Positions 25,708-37,900 of a stretch of DNA of 64,000 nt are shown one piece after another (position 1 is the first letter of the stretch; each line of letters begins with the position of its first letter). The stretch is from positions 62,001 to 126,000 of the forward strand of contig NMRA01000232.1 of assembly GCA_002633005.1 (NCBI GenBank). The letters are read 5' to 3'. A program made the position numbers and the translations under genes. The notes under the pieces were generated by a model. It was not told the DNA's origin, ran no database searches, and worked only from the letters and a program-made list of their open reading frames with translations. This DNA is from Phoronis australis. Taxonomy: Eukaryota; Animalia; Phoronida.

Positions 25708-28143
25708 TTATACACGGGTTTCCTTGGTCGTATGACACACACTGGTGCAAAAGTCATCCACAATTTGTATTCTTAATTGTTCCACATCACGTGATCCACT
25801 CTGTGGCCTTTTCCTCATGGGATATCCATTGACAAGTATGTGTCTAACTGCAAATTCTTCATTGGCACTGTTTTTCACTACTTCTCCCAACATCCTAGCT
25901 GAAAGATGAGGAAATAAATATTTCAACCTCGCTAATCCAGAGATATAGCCTCTACCCAGTGGTGTCTCGAAACTGAGCTGAGTAACGGTCTCAATTCTTT
26001 CCTCAACACCAGTGAACATTCGCCTCGCTTCAAACCATATGCTTCCCATGTTCCCTGTCTGAAATGCCATAGCATGAATATTTTCCGAAGTTTTTGCAAA
26101 ATAGATTTTGTAAATAACTATTGAAATAAGAAGTACAAGAATGAAAAAGGTTATAATGTACCAATGATTAGAAAACCACTCTCTAACGTGCGTTTGTCCT
26201 TCCGCAGAGAACATTTTGACGATACGCTTTGTTATCAAATCTTTATAAAGGCAAGTACCCTTGGCATTGCAAAATCCCGTGTCTTGCAGACACAACTGTC
26301 CGTTTTTTAAATGAATTTTATCACCATGTGACGTGATGTAAGGTTTGCAATGGCTATTAATATCAGAACAACACAGTACACAGTAATGTTCTTCCACGTC
26401 GGTGCATTGGCACTGGCTCTTGTTTTGGCCACATAGGGTCTCGTTACAGACACCTCCGCTGCACAGCTTGGTTCCAAATGCGCACGGCGACCCGTCTTGC
26501 AACGGTTTCGGCGCGGGACAATCTGCACTTAATCCGTCACAAACCGATTTATCTAAGCATGGTTGTTCACTTTCACATACGACCCTTCTCTCGGCAGGAA
26601 TAGGTTGACAGGTGTCACGATCGCAACAAAGTGACGTGCTACTACAAGTGAACCCTCTGTTTCGCTTTAGAGTGCACGGCGATCCCTCCTTTGAATCTTT
26701 AGGAATACAACACGGATCAATGAATTCGCAGTGTAATTCTTCACCACAGTCGCACACTTCTCCTACTTCCTTCACACCATTGCCACACGTAGCTACCGAG
26801 TCTTCTAGAAAACACAAAGGGGCTCTTCTCAGTAACACTGGTCTGATATTCATAATGCTGCATTGGGAAAAGATCATGTGGTTTGCCTTCTCGCCAGTTC
26901 CGGCGAAGGTGTGCATAAGATAATTCCCAGGATCTCCCCCTGGCGTACAGCCGTATGAGGAAGCACCTGTTGTTCCATCATGTGGACTTCCAAAGGCATG
27001 GCCAAGTTCATGAGCCACAGTTATTGAGGACATCAAACGCGTTATTCTTCGACCGATGTTTAAATTGGTCACAAAAACAGAATTCAAACTTTCCACCTCA
27101 CCACTTTTATGGGTGTAAGACTTCGAACAAATTCCCCCGAACTCAGCCGTGGGGTTGGCGCGGTAAGCTAAACCAATAACTGAATCGACCAAGTCTCGAT
27201 AAGTAAAACACAGGCCAACGCAATAAGCATCGAATTGATGGTTGGTGGCAAACGTTCTAAGAAATTCCTCAGGCGTAGGATTATCTTTTACGTGAAACGT
27301 ACTCGTTTCATATACGCTCATTTTGGCAATCTTGATCCCTATGTTGTCCTCGTCCGCATCACCATCGAAGTCGGTTGACCTAAAGATGGCGTCAGCAACC
27401 GCCACATTATGCACCATTTCATTAACCGTAATGGCAACACTTCGACGGCCCACATGCTCAAAAAACAGATGGTCTGCTATGGCATGGATGCTGCACGCCA
27501 TGTTACCTTTAAATGATAGTCTTTTGAATCTACCATCAGAAATACTCAAATTGGAAAATCTTGGCAGTAATTTAACTGCCTTGAAACCACACCTTGCTGG
27601 AAACGAAATGTCGTGGCGCAAGTCTTTGTCTCTATATATGATAGATTTGAAATGTCGAGAAAAGGTGGAATTGAGATATCTTCGGGAAGGTTCTATGTAA
27701 AAGTACGAGTTATCCGTAAGTATAACTCCATCAAATTCTGTCTGTGACTCGTCGTATGATCCATAAACGTATGAAGACGATTCCCCAACCATATATCCAC
27801 TATAGAAATAATTATGTGACAGCAGACTTGCAATAGTTTCCATTTTTTTACCGGAGTTACCAATTACCTCAACGGGTACTTTTTGGTCTGTCAACTTCGT
27901 GTCACGGGATAATTTCAGGCGGAAGTGCTTATCAAAAGCTACGAAGTCTAGCTCATACGAATCAGCGTACTCAGCTGATCTCCGTCCCCGACTTCGTGTT
28001 CTGATACGAAAGCTGAGGTCAAGAATAGGCTGAAAGCACATTAAATTAGAATGATTTACAGGCAAACAACCTTGTAGCAGTCCTACACTTGAAGATATTT
28101 CCCACAGCCACCAATACGTCATGAGAAGGTCTCTTTGAAACAT
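25708..28143 (-). CDS. Intronless ADAM10/ADAM17-family disintegrin metalloproteinase (M12B), type I membrane protein
   Basis: About 810-aa ORF (first ATG 28143): prodomain with Cys switch (ARCGF), furin site RFKR, HELGHAFGSPHD zinc motif, Met-turn NYLMH, disintegrin CGNGVKEVGEVCDCG, Cys-rich domain, TM WYIITFFILVLLISIVIY, cytoplasmic tail. Minus-strand AATAAA at 25651-25656. Confidence 0.93.
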   Translation of the reverse strand: MFQRDLLMTYWWLWEISSSVGLLQGCLPVNHSNLMCFQPILDLSFRIRTRSRGRRSAEYADSYELDFVAFDKHFRLKLSRDTKLTDQKVPVEVIGNSGKKMETIASLLSHNYFYSGYMVGESSSYVYGSYDESQTEFDGVILTDNSYFYIEPSRRYLNSTFSRHFKSIIYRDKDLRHDISFPARCGFKAVKLLPRFSNLSISDGRFKRLSFKGNMACSIHAIADHLFFEHVGRRSVAITVNEMVHNVAVADAIFRSTDFDGDADEDNIGIKIAKMSVYETSTFHVKDNPTPEEFLRTFATNHQFDAYCVGLCFTYRDLVDSVIGLAYRANPTAEFGGICSKSYTHKSGEVESLNSVFVTNLNIGRRITRLMSSITVAHELGHAFGSPHDGTTGASSYGCTPGGDPGNYLMHTFAGTGEKANHMIFSQCSIMNIRPVLLRRAPLCFLEDSVATCGNGVKEVGEVCDCGEELHCEFIDPCCIPKDSKEGSPCTLKRNRGFTCSSTSLCCDRDTCQPIPAERRVVCESEQPCLDKSVCDGLSADCPAPKPLQDGSPCAFGTKLCSGGVCNETLCGQNKSQCQCTDVEEHYCVLCCSDINSHCKPYITSHGDKIHLKNGQLCLQDTGFCNAKGTCLYKDLITKRIVKMFSAEGQTHVREWFSNHWYIITFFILVLLISIVIYKIYFAKTSENIHAMAFQTGNMGSIWFEARRMFTGVEERIETVTQLSFETPLGRGYISGLARLKYLFPHLSARMLGEVVKNSANEEFAVRHILVNGYPMRKRPQSGSRDVEQLRIQIVDDFCTSVCHTTKETRV

Positions 28144-30471
28144 GTTTGCGCGCAATGCAAGACTATGTTGATAAATTATTGATGTAAGTTTTTACGCTCG
28201 CGGCACGCGCGCGGTTTTGCAACGCTTCGTCTTGCAAAAAATATTCTCCACTCTATGTCCGCTCATACTGTTCGAGTAATGCAGGGTGTAGTATATATCA
28301 ACATGCTATCAAAACAGGTCCAGTCGCCTCCACCACAATCGCATTTGTGAGGTTTGAAACCAACTTATTTACAGAAAGGGAAAGCCGATAATTGGTATGT
28401 TATATGATTACATCTTCCACTTGGTAATCGATGGAACGAATCCATGTAAGACCATGTCAATGTTTCCGAAAATTCCGATGTAAAATGGAAGGCAAAATCT
28501 ACTTTGACGAACTTTGAAGTTTTGAATACTCATAATAAAGAACAGTAAAACAATAGTTTCTGAAAGCAGGCCCATTCTCATCGTGGGGTATGTGATTTGT
28601 TTCTTTTGGATGTTACTCGTAACCATAAAGACGTCTATCCTCATCTAATTGTGTTTAGCAGTCCAGGTTAAATCAAAGTACAAGATGTGAAACCATGAAA
28701 ACCCTGTGACGACGTCGACAGTAGGAGGGAGAGTTTTTAATTATATAAAATAAATGAATTGCTTGACTGGGTGGAGAGCAAAGGACACAGGGAGCTAGTA
28801 GGTGACTACTGGCGTGTTGAATAACTAGGGCAACAACTAGGAAAAAAACAATGTTGAACAAAACTGGCACATTGTTAATTCTAATTGAACCGGATTCGAA
28901 GCTTTTGAAGTTAAAAGGTTTTAGTTAAATATCTATTAGAAATCGCGAGTTTTCATCAATTTTGTTTGTTTCAACAAACATGTCTATTTTAGTTGGCAAA
29001 ATAAAATTTGACAAAAATAGATGTTCTAACGGCTACAGTTTTGCTGAAGACACCGATTACATGTGTCGTAAATGGAATTAGAGAATTCTATCTATTTGGA
29101 GATATTTTATAAACGGATCAACGATCGTGATTCATTTTGAAAAATCGTATACAAAATTTAATTTGAATATAGCCTAAACCTTCTCATTCGGTCAAAAATC
29201 TTTAACTGGACACTCGTCGTGTTTCACCTATTTGTTTCATATTGACGGCGTCCAGGGCATTCTCGTCTTCATTCTGTTGCATCGTAGTAAGAAACGTATT
29301 TCATGACCTCCCAAAATATAATCAAATGTCAACGTTTTCATTAATTGTTTCAGCGTGCGATGTATTGACGTAGTGACAGCAACTTACGTACTCAATACAT
29401 CTATGGTGAAATTGATTGAGCACGTTCAAATTAATGCACTTTTACATTGGTATCAAACTAACTGTACAGTTTTAAACGTTCAAAAAAATTTCAAGATCAA
29501 AAACACTGTTTTATGAGCATCAAGAACGCACATGGTCCCGATGCCAGGATTTTGGGGTTAATCTTGGCAACATTCTACTATGAAAAATATTTTTAAAAAA
29601 GTTACGTGAAATTCCCATCTTGAGGTTCTAAAAGTTCCACTCAACTGATTCAACTCCCCTGAGGTTAGAATCTCTTTTGCACACGGTGACGGCCAGAGAC
29701 AGGGGGTGCTACACTCTCCAAAGGCACCTTTCTGGCCTCTCAGATGAGCGAGAGCCCTGCTAAAATGTTGAACTGAACCAAAAGTTAGAAAGGCTCGTGA
29801 GTATTGATGAACGATGCTGTCAAAGACTTTAGAAAGATCCACAAAATGGCAATTGAGTTGTCTAAATATTTCGCTATTTGTATTAGGCACCAACTATTTC
29901 AAAAGAGAGTTTGGTTCATAAGCCATAGCGAGATTTATAGGAAAAGTTACAATGGAAAAATAAGTGTAAACTTGACCACATCCCCAAAACTCTGTCTTTC
30001 GTAGAATAGAAATGACTTTGTGGTGGAGGGTAGAAAGTTATAAGTTATAATTTAACTTAGCTTTAGTGTACGAGGATTATGTTGACATTTGGGCACAAAA
30101 ATGCAGAAACAGGTGCCAGCAAAAAGCAGTATATTTAACACCATGATAACAATAAAAACACGAAAATATCACAGCACACGAACTTTGAAAGTTCATATCG
30201 ATACAAAAGCAAGCACTTGTTGTAGAAAATGACATCAAAACTGAATTTCAACATTCGTGGACATGTGCCAGTAAAATTAAAGTATAAAATGAAATGTATA
30301 CACTGTTTTGAATTTTATAAGCTCACCATTGTCAAGAGTAGACAGGCACTGATTTACTTCTACAAGTTTTAATTAGCGGTTTCATTTTGTCAGTAGCATT
30401 TAGCACTTGATTAATACGACTTATGAGGTAAGGCACGTGATCATCTATATTACCATAGACTATTGAACAGG

Positions 30472-30766
30472 TGTTGTCTATAATCTATGATATCATTTAA
30501 TAACAGAAAACTTCTAGACATTAACATTTTGGTAGGTTCCATCATACCAGTAACTGCGACCATAGCTTGGAACATTCTAGAGCACATTGGCAGAACAATA
30601 GGGTAGATTCTAGAAGATTCTAACATGTGCCTGAACTAGTGAAAAGCTCCAGAACACGTATAAATAGTTAAGCAGGAACTGCAAAGTCAGCAGCTTCAGG
30701 ATCAGCGGCTATTTGTTACGTGAGGCAGTTATAGAGACAGCAAGTTACTGACACACAAGTCTAACA
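30472..30766 (+). mobile_element. Probable solo LTR
   Basis: TGTTG...TAACA termini, internal TATAAATA, repeated TTCTAGA motifs, near-identical flanks AACAGG/AGCAGG. Confidence 0.5.
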
Positions 30767-31892
30767 AGCAGGTTAACATTTCAAAACGAGTTATAACAGC
30801 AATCCATATAATTATAAAACGTTAGTATAACAAATAAATAAATAAATAAAATGAGCCCCCGCAATGATTAATACAGTACCTCTGACCACAAAGCTTTTTA
30901 ACTCGGACACGACCAAGCACAACCTTGCACTGGATATTCATGGAAAATTAGCTCAACTTAACTGCTTGCACTTAGGACCCAGATTCTAATCTGGGGCTGT
31001 GACTATCCTAAGCTCCAACATGACATGTTCGGTTCTACTTCAGTACAAACTTATCAAAGATATGGTGTATAATATCTCCGAACTTAAAGTGGCTGTCATT
31101 TTGAGCTCGGGTACTCTTTGGCTTATGTGGAATGTCAAATCCGCATTGATGGCCTTTAAAGCCACGAGTTCGAGATCAACATGTACATACTTGGACTAGC
31201 AACTTGCCTGTGCAAATTGCGCCACACACACTAATAGATAATCATCAACAGAAAATATCAAAAATGATTTGGAGTTCGAACTTGAGTTTGTAAATTATAA
31301 CCGAGCTCCGATTATGAAACAGAATAGCATAGCAGCGTAAATATAAATTGCATAGCTAAATAGCGTCATCCCTATCTTACTTTGGAAAAAAACAGGAATG
31401 AAAATGTCGCGGCCCACTTTAGTTCCCGAATCGCAGCAAATTTTTTATGAAAATTGTTGAACAGAATACGTTCCCAGAAAAGAGCTGTATTAAAGTTAAT
31501 ACATAAAAAGAGGAGTTCCATGCGCACAGGGAATGTTTCTGTAGCAACGGCTTGACAATGTGAAGTTCATGGAAATAATGTTTAAAAATACGAACATGTT
31601 ATATCGAGTAAAAATGTACCACAACTAATACAAAGATATGTAGACGGTTAGTCTAAAGCTCACTCACAAGTGAAAAAAAACAAAAGTTTCAGGATTACAC
31701 TTCATGTTTTCTTTTAACACTGCGAGTCAGTGTTCGTGAGTATACACGGCTACATGGCATTGGACCGACTGAAGTTCTTTTAACTCCGACAGCACGTTCT
31801 GCCACCGCGAACTCAGTAAATTCCTGTAGTTCGAGACAGCGCTCAGCTTGGTCCATGCTGTGGTGTTTCATGAGGACTAATCGTCGGAGAAA

Positions 31893-31950
31893 TCACATCA
31901 ACGTACACGTCTTCGATGACCGTTTCTGTTTTTGACTGGATTGGTCCTCC
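31893..31950 (-). CDS. NOS: NOS probable last coding exon ending in a CaaX box
   Basis: tttattttcag acceptor; phase 2 gives [21 protein letters not shown]. Confidence 0.7.
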
Positions 31951-34900
31951 CTGAAAATAAAAGTAAGTTTTCGCTCACGGAAAACACTTTACGAATCGTT
32001 GTGAATTCATTACAACGCATATACGAAACGTGCCTCGATATTTAGCTTCCAAAACAGGAAATGAATTAAAGTCCTTCTCTCACGCGTTGTTAACCCTTAC
32101 TACATGGTTAGAAGATGTTATAAGGATCCAACAAGTACCTACCCCATAACTAATACACGATCCCCGTACTCGAAAACAGTTTAAATGAACGCGCCACTCA
32201 CGATTCGCACCCGAAGAAACACCGCCATTTTGAACTTGCCGCGAACCCGGAAGTACAATTCATTCAGGAACCCAGGCCGAGAAAACGCCGTCAGTGCGAC
32301 TGGAGCAGTGCCTGTACTGTTACCAGCCAGCAAACGGGGATAAAAAAAAATCGACAGCGCGCCTTAATTTTGATAAAATCAAACTACGGACAATTTTATG
32401 GAATTTGCTGAAGAAATGTGGCGAATAAATTTTGACAGAAATTATTTTGCCAGACTCGGGACCGCAGCCTATCGGACCCGGTGCGGATCGAGACCAGACA
32501 CTGGCGAACGGTAAATGCATGCGGTTGCAAGCTGTTTTGTCGAAGTAAAATGGTCAAATGATAAATGCTGCATATATTCAAGGGTAGTTTCAGACACTTG
32601 CATGAAATTACGGGCTGGTTAGTCCTGTGTCACACTGCCGCGGCAGACCTTAGTTAGCCTCAGTCACCAGCTACCAGTGAAGACTATAGTCAAAATACAG
32701 CTTGTTAGTAGGCCTACACAGCTTTGCGCCAAGACTACCCTTAGGCCTAACTGGTCGCTGGCCACAAACACAAAAAACACGAAAATTGAACAAAGTTTCT
32801 TTTTTTGTAGCAACGTTTGTCAAAATGTATCAACGTTAAATCTTCACAAATTATAAAGTAGCCGATTGAACATGCCTTTCAGTTAAGCAAAACTCGACAT
32901 TGTAGGTGCCGCCAGAAATGAGACGAAGTCCAACGGGAATTGTGAGCACATTTTATCACTTAATGAGTAACAACTGCGATGCTGAAATTTGGTGAACACT
33001 GCTACTGAAATCGTGCAGAATAGTAAGTAAGATATGTCTAACTAAATTCCACCGTAATTTGTTGGCGAAAACAATTTACACAAAGTTTTAAACTTGTAAC
33101 TCATCCCGCTGTCCTCCAATACATATGGCCGACGCGATCCAAACAAAGTGACCCAAATTTCGCCACAAAACTTGCAATAACTTTACAGTACTTGCCCCGA
33201 TTTTGATACTTTTTCGATTTTTACTGAGTAGAATGTACTACCTTTCCGATCATAGCAAAGTACTTTTTCAAAACGAGGAAAAAAATAAAACCGAAAAAAA
33301 TTGGTTCGACCCATATTAGTTCCTAGGTTCGACCCGCCTACGTAAGGAACTAAACACCAATGCTATTTTAACATACTAAGTACGCGTAACATTCCACAAA
33401 AAAATCAACGACCACTAACTACAAACTATAAATACACTACATATGCAAACGAATCACGATATATTACTAATAAAACAAAATAATGAAGACTTTTCGAGCA
33501 AGCCATAGCACATTCAGTTACAAGGAAAAAATGGCGGCGTTCAGGACAAGTTCCTGAACTGATGAGCCGGAAATGTGGGTCTGGAAATAACCGATGATAA
33601 TCGGTAATCATACGCTCAGAGAGAAGGGTCAAATACTGTTAAAAATCGCTTTTGGCAAGAAAGGCGAAAAGAATGTAAAGATAGGGTGTCGAAAATAAGA
33701 ATTTATGTAGTAAGTATTTTCGGATACTGGAACCACATGGGCAGTTTGCAAGAAGGACTTTAAGCCACTGCGGCTCATACGATTGGTCTCATAATATGCA
33801 TGCCAGGACTTGGTTTCCATTACCAACAAGATTATCAAAACCATCAACAACTAAAAATGCTTCTTTGGAGGCTTGGCTAACCCTAAAATTGCGAATTCGA
33901 AAATAGCGCGTGCACGCATTTCGTGTATCACGGTATCATTCGGCAACATCCGAGGATCACAGGAGGGGGTAATACTTTTAAACATCAAAGTGCTTTTTGG
34001 TTTAGAATTCAGCATTGGCAAATAAGCATCAGGAAATGTTCCTATAAACTTCGAACGGCCTTAGGAAGGCTGGAATGGTAGCCGGTTAGGGTTTTGGATG
34101 AGTTCAGTAGCTGTCTAGCGGTTAGAAAAATCTAGCCAAAATCACGTATTCACATTTAAAATACACGGCGTAATTCTGCTTTTCTTGCGAAGTGCTAGCG
34201 TTATTGAACTCTACCTCAGTTATCGACTACAACACTCACGACCTGCATGCGTACACTTCTTCTCAAAGAGCTTTTATAACGTTGACTTCAAACGTTTTAG
34301 AATCATTTTTTATTTCGATTCTAAATGTTTATTGCGCATGCGTACAGCCCTGTCGGTGAGTTTACAGTTGCATGGCCTTGAAGTCCCAGTTAAGTCAAGA
34401 TTCGGCGTAAATATACTTACACCACCTTGTACTTGTTAGTCAGAACCCCGAACACGTCCTCGTGGTAGCGCTTGGTCGTCTAAAATACATAAACAGTGTA
34501 CACGCAATAAATTGGAAGAAATGGTACATCGCTGTAACCATGGTAAGTACATGCAAATATCAACATCACGTGTATGCCTAAGCCTACTGTCCAATCAAAG
34601 TGGTGTATTTAAAGTGACAATAAACCCATGCATTCCGACAAAAACAACTTTTGATTTTTTGCTTCAGACTAGGCCTATTGTGTTACTTGTCAGGGCGGGT
34701 TAGTAAGACAAGGCAATACGGCGGTCAGGAGAGTTCCAGGCTGTTTCAATTCCAACAAAGAATAAGAAAAAGTTGCTTTGAAAGAACAAGTACATCTGTG
34801 AACAAAGTATGAGGTTATTAACCTAAGAATATGGTTCATAGCGGATTTAAGAGCAATGTTGTCTTCAGTTTCTCAATATCAAAGGACTACAACTGGCGAA

Positions 34901-37900
34901 ACGTTTTTGGTACGCCTCTTGCAACACTAAGACAGAACCGAAAATGTATAGAATATGTTGCAGTCATCGATTTTAAATTGAAAGTTAGTCGAAAACTATC
35001 TTCTCATGACGCAGCAGTAACTGACAAGTAAAAATGATCAACGCTGTGAGGGACTCTCACATTAGAGGGGTTGAGAGAGGCGTGCCCGCGCTACCTTGGT
35101 TACAAATACGTTTCCCTTCTGCACAATTCATCACCTCAGGGTAAGAACATTTGTACTCTGAGAGATAATTTTTGTTTTGTGCCGGGCTATCAGTGTCATT
35201 GTCACGAGAGTCTAGCAAAAGAGGTTTTGTCTCGCGAGGTTCTTTTCGCCAGCCCAGCCTGTCCATCATGCAACAGAAAGTCCTTTGGCAGATCAAGACA
35301 GACATAGAACAATAAAACTTTCAACATTACGACAGACATACTTTCATGACGTCGATGTATGTCTCCGCTTTCTGCGTCGTAAATCCTTTGTGTGTCCGCA
35401 AGATCTCAACAATTGAGATGTGCACATCTTCAGCAAGCTGAACACCTCCACACACATAGACGTGGCCTTTCCGCTCAACAATTTTTTCAGCAACATTTTT
35501 TCCATCTTCTTCCAAGATTTGCTGTACGTATTTCTTAAATCAAATAATATACAAGTTACAAATAACTCGGTGAACTTTAAAAGTCGGAAACATTTCAGGA
35601 CAAAAAAAATAATGAGTAAGTTAGGATTCACATTTAATGGCCAAGACAAGATTTTCAGTGTCACAGGTAAGTATCAGTTGTCACAGCTTTCTGTTGCTTT
35701 TTCCATGTATAAGTCAAATCAATTTTGCTTTTGTCACATATGCATGACATAATGTTTGTCAGCGATAACGGTTGAATGCAATGATTTTACTCTTTAGGAA
35801 AAAGGATCTACCACTTGATGCGGCATAAAATAACCGTAAACACAACAACACAAACTACTAACAGATTACATTCATGTGTGATGAGTATTGTCTCAGGATG
35901 ATCAACGAAAATTAGTTTTACACGGAGTTGAGTACATCAGTTACTTTTAAGCACATTATTGTAAAGCAGGCTATGATTCCGACATTTATGTTTGATCAAC
36001 AGTATCCTATAGGCTGTATTTAAATTACTGAGGTGTTAACTTCATCCAGCCACTTTAAGTTATTCAATTGCTTGACTCCTCGTCATCACCATCTCCATCT
36101 TCTTTTTTCACCTTTTTAAACAAATCTCCCATTTCTCATCGACAAACAAAAAATAACATGACAGACTAGATTTTGAAAACTCACAAAATGTTACAGAATC
36201 TCAGGCAAGCAAGTTTTGTCACAGATTGTCAACATGTCACAGGGTATCAATAAGAGTGCCAGCAGTCTTAATGTGGATTAAATATGCTTGAAACAATCTA
36301 GTCATGCATCAAATTTTACTTCGAACAAGTAGGTGAGAATCACACTGAATACATCTTATTACCGTGTTTCATCTTTAATTTCAACAATTGCTTTTTTGTC
36401 TGACGAGATATTATACGGATTGTATTGACGACCGCGGATAGGCCACGCCTACCATAACTATCGTTGCGAGGCCTCACAAGCCCAATATGGTGGAAGTCGT
36501 ATAGCGTACTACAGCATCAAGTTCTCTGCATTTCTGTTTTATAACATTTCACTGAAACTGATTCCACATATGGAGCGTGAGCAGCAAACTAGGTTAATAA
36601 CGTTCTGTGTGCCATCAACACCCACAGTACCTCGTTTAATTGTCAATAGACATTATGTACTATTAAATATTTTTTAAACGCCATGAAGATGAATTTCTTT
36701 CACATTGTGCTTGATCATCACCGATGCACGATAACACTCCATGCTTATCCAGGCGTATATTTATCTAACCACCGTTGAAGTCTACTTCGTGTTTTTATCG
36801 GCGACAGGCACTTTTCCTTTTTTGTTCTCTAAATATCGTTGGCGTACATTACACGTGCCCCAAGCGCACAATAAAGCCACCTTTACGCTTTCGCTCACAA
36901 CCAATCATTGTGGGACAAAGATGACAGACAACATGCTGCCGCGAGATGATTGGCTGGAATTCAGCTTGATTGGCATGTCGGCACCATACGTTCTCTTGTG
37001 TTTAATATGCTATGTTTATTGCTCTTCTACCAGAAAGTTGAGCGCTAATAATAAGCCCAATTATCATACTGGAAATGAAATTTGCAGTAAATGTACTAAC
37101 TATCAAAATAATGAAGAAAGTAGTAATTTAACAATGTTAACGATAAGGCACGATGAAGGCGACAACGACAACGGAAACCATGGTGACAGCAATCGTGAAA
37201 ATGATATTCGAACAATACTGCTATCATTCACAATATAATAATACCAATAGCCATAAAATATGTAAAAATTATAACGATGAACACCTTTTTGATACCAGGC
37301 TCTCTTGAGTAGGCCACGTGAACATTTTGTAAAGCTCCTGCATTTTTTGCATTCTCCATCTCTTCTTCGTATAAATGAGTTTCCTTGGTGCGGCATCCAA
37401 ATATTAGAGTCGTGTCATATATCTCGTTGCCAATTCGACCTTATGAAAACAAGTGTACAAATAAGAGAAGCAGAACATAGATTGCATACATAAAAACATC
37501 TTGGTGAACGTAACTTTAGAGCGTTCTCAAACTTAAATTTGAATGCATATCGTATTTATAAAATTCCAAAGTAATTCAATGAATGAGGTTGATGTTGCTT
37601 GTGACGTTAATCGTCGGCGTTTGACTTGTGCGCCCGTGCGCAAAAGGCAAAAAAATTCAGAAAAGTCAAAAGTTCTGTCAAAACACCCCAATTTTTCACA
37701 AAAGACATGGTGTCGACTTCGTGTACAAGTATTCAAAGTGTGTAGACGGATCTTTAGAAGCCAAATCTGTGCCGAAACTCGCTGCCGATCAAAACAAACA
37801 TTCCAGCAAATTTAAGAAAGTGACGAAATGCTCTGTGACTACACAATGTCCATGCTTTCTTAGCGTTGTGAAAATTTGTCTTCTGAGATCGCACATTTGT

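Noticed and set aside
26307-27700. Several overlapping ORFs inside the ADAM gene
   Set aside because: Antisense or alternative-frame shadows of a real coding region.
30860-31300. Possible retroelement coding relic next to the solo LTR
   Set aside because: No identifiable motif in the frames examined.
32200-32300. YY1 (GCCATTTT) and ETS (CCGGAAGT) motifs suggesting a promoter in the last NOS intron
   Set aside because: No associated exon or ORF; likely internal to an unclassified transposon.
36741-37238. 165-aa plus-strand ORF in a NOS intron
   Set aside because: No recognisable motifs, low-complexity tail, no convincing splice context.
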